DNA of 64,000 nucleotides from an uncultured Clostridia bacterium (GTDB lineage Bacteria; Bacillota; Clostridia; Lachnospirales; CAMVHY01): NCBI GenBank assembly GCA_947427385.1, contig CANEHT010000001.1, positions 19,572 to 83,571 of the forward strand, read 5' to 3'. Shown piece by piece: positions 63,306 to 64,000 of this stretch (position 1 is its first letter; each line of letters starts with the position of its first letter). The notes under the pieces were generated by a model. It saw only the letters and a program-made list of their open reading frames with translations, ran no database searches and was not told where the DNA came from. The position numbers and the translations under genes were made by a program.

Positions 63306-64000
63306 ATGTATGTTCCTTTCTCATGGTTAAAAGAATTTGTCAATTTAGACTGCTCAGTTAATGAATTCATCGATAAAATGACTATGACTGGCTCAAAAGT
63401 TGAATCGGTAAAATTTTTGGGTGAAAAAATTTCCGGCATTGTAACCGGAAAAATTTTGGAGATAAAAAAACATCCTAATGCCGATAAACTTGTTATCACA
63501 AAAGTTGATATCGGCAAAGAAATTTTACAAATTATAACCGGTGCGACAAATATTTTTGAAAATGCAATTGTTCCTGTCGCCGTCCATAATTCTTTTTTGT
63601 ACGATGGCACTAAAATTAAAAAGAATAAACTTCGTGGCGAATGGTCGCAGGGTATGCTTTGCTCAATTGAAGAACTTGGCTATACCAAAAATCAATATCC
63701 CGAAGCGCCTGACAACGGCATTTACATTTTTAAAGATGACGTAGAGCTTGGCGCTGATGTTCGCGAAATACTTGAGCTTACCGAAGATGTTATTGATTTT
63801 GAAATTACAACAAATCGTCCAGATTGTTTGTCAATTTTCGGAATAGCGCGCGAGGCTGCAGCTACCTTTGATAAAAAATTGAATTATCCATCGTGTGAAG
63901 ATTTGTCAATGAAAAATGACATGGATATTGAGGTAAGAAATTCAGATTTGTGTAAACGTTATATGGCGCAAATTGTTGAGAATGTTAAAATTGAACCGTC
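63306..64000 (+). CDS. pheT: phenylalanine--tRNA ligase beta subunit (5' part; continues beyond window)
   Basis: My own translation from ATG 63306 reads MYVPFSWLKEFVNLD...KHPNADKLVITKVDIG...RGEWSQGMLCS...TNRPDC. The frame is open to the window end, so it is absent from the ORF track. Confidence 0.92.
   Translation, partial: MYVPFSWLKEFVNLDCSVNEFIDKMTMTGSKVESVKFLGEKISGIVTGKILEIKKHPNADKLVITKVDIGKEILQIITGATNIFENAIVPVAVHNSFLYDGTKIKKNKLRGEWSQGMLCSIEELGYTKNQYPEAPDNGIYIFKDDVELGADVREILELTEDVIDFEITTNRPDCLSIFGIAREAAATFDKKLNYPSCEDLSMKNDMDIEVRNSDLCKRYMAQIVENVKIEP

Overview
This is an AT-rich chromosomal segment from a spore-forming Firmicute, probably Clostridia-like. The evidence is a Spo0A with the [18 protein letters not shown] signature, a BofC-like protein and a CIRCE-controlled groESL. 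About two thirds of the window is ordinary housekeeping: tpiA-gpmI-eno, aroC, an M16 peptidase, spo0A, an S8 protease, groES/groEL, pth-mfd, a TrxR-like flavoprotein, udg, rimI, a Lon-like protease, pncC, aroA, glyA, htrA, yihY-ispG, atpEFHAGDC, plsX, two tRNA-Ser genes, ybaB-recR-recD2-comF, a FEN-type exonuclease and pheS/pheT. The ATP synthase c subunit has a Na+-type signature, and no atpB or atpI is present in the window. Six islands of lineage-specific orphan genes are interleaved with the housekeeping genes: 1-4680, 9876-13309, 20136-23293, 31437-38672, 54124-55140 and 59409-61214. Together they cover about 21 kb, roughly one third of the window. Most of these orphans are insulated monocistronic cassettes with a terminator, a sigmaA-like promoter and a strong SD. 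They encode K/E/N/Q-rich, coiled-coil or low-complexity proteins with no signal peptide and no domain I can recognise. The best candidate for an undescribed system is the six-cassette array at 31.4-38.7 kb, with two related genes at 10.4-12.7 kb. Its products pair a helical N-domain carrying a conserved Cys with a long G/A-rich hydrophobic hairpin and a variable charged tail, an architecture resembling chlamydial Inc proteins. The array grew by tandem segmental duplication that copied a udg 3' fragment with each unit, and one copy is decaying. Two adjacent cassettes share an 11-bp-phased direct repeat just downstream of the -10. A second notable island lies next to spo0A at 20.1-23.3 kb. It holds low-complexity proteins behind a duplicated ~126-bp terminator/0A-box/promoter module, a gene split at an A8 tract, and a ferritin-like protein that appears to have lost its metal ligands. 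I found no CRISPR array, transposase, integrase, phage gene or known defence genes. All functional ideas for the orphan genes are inference from sequence reading only.
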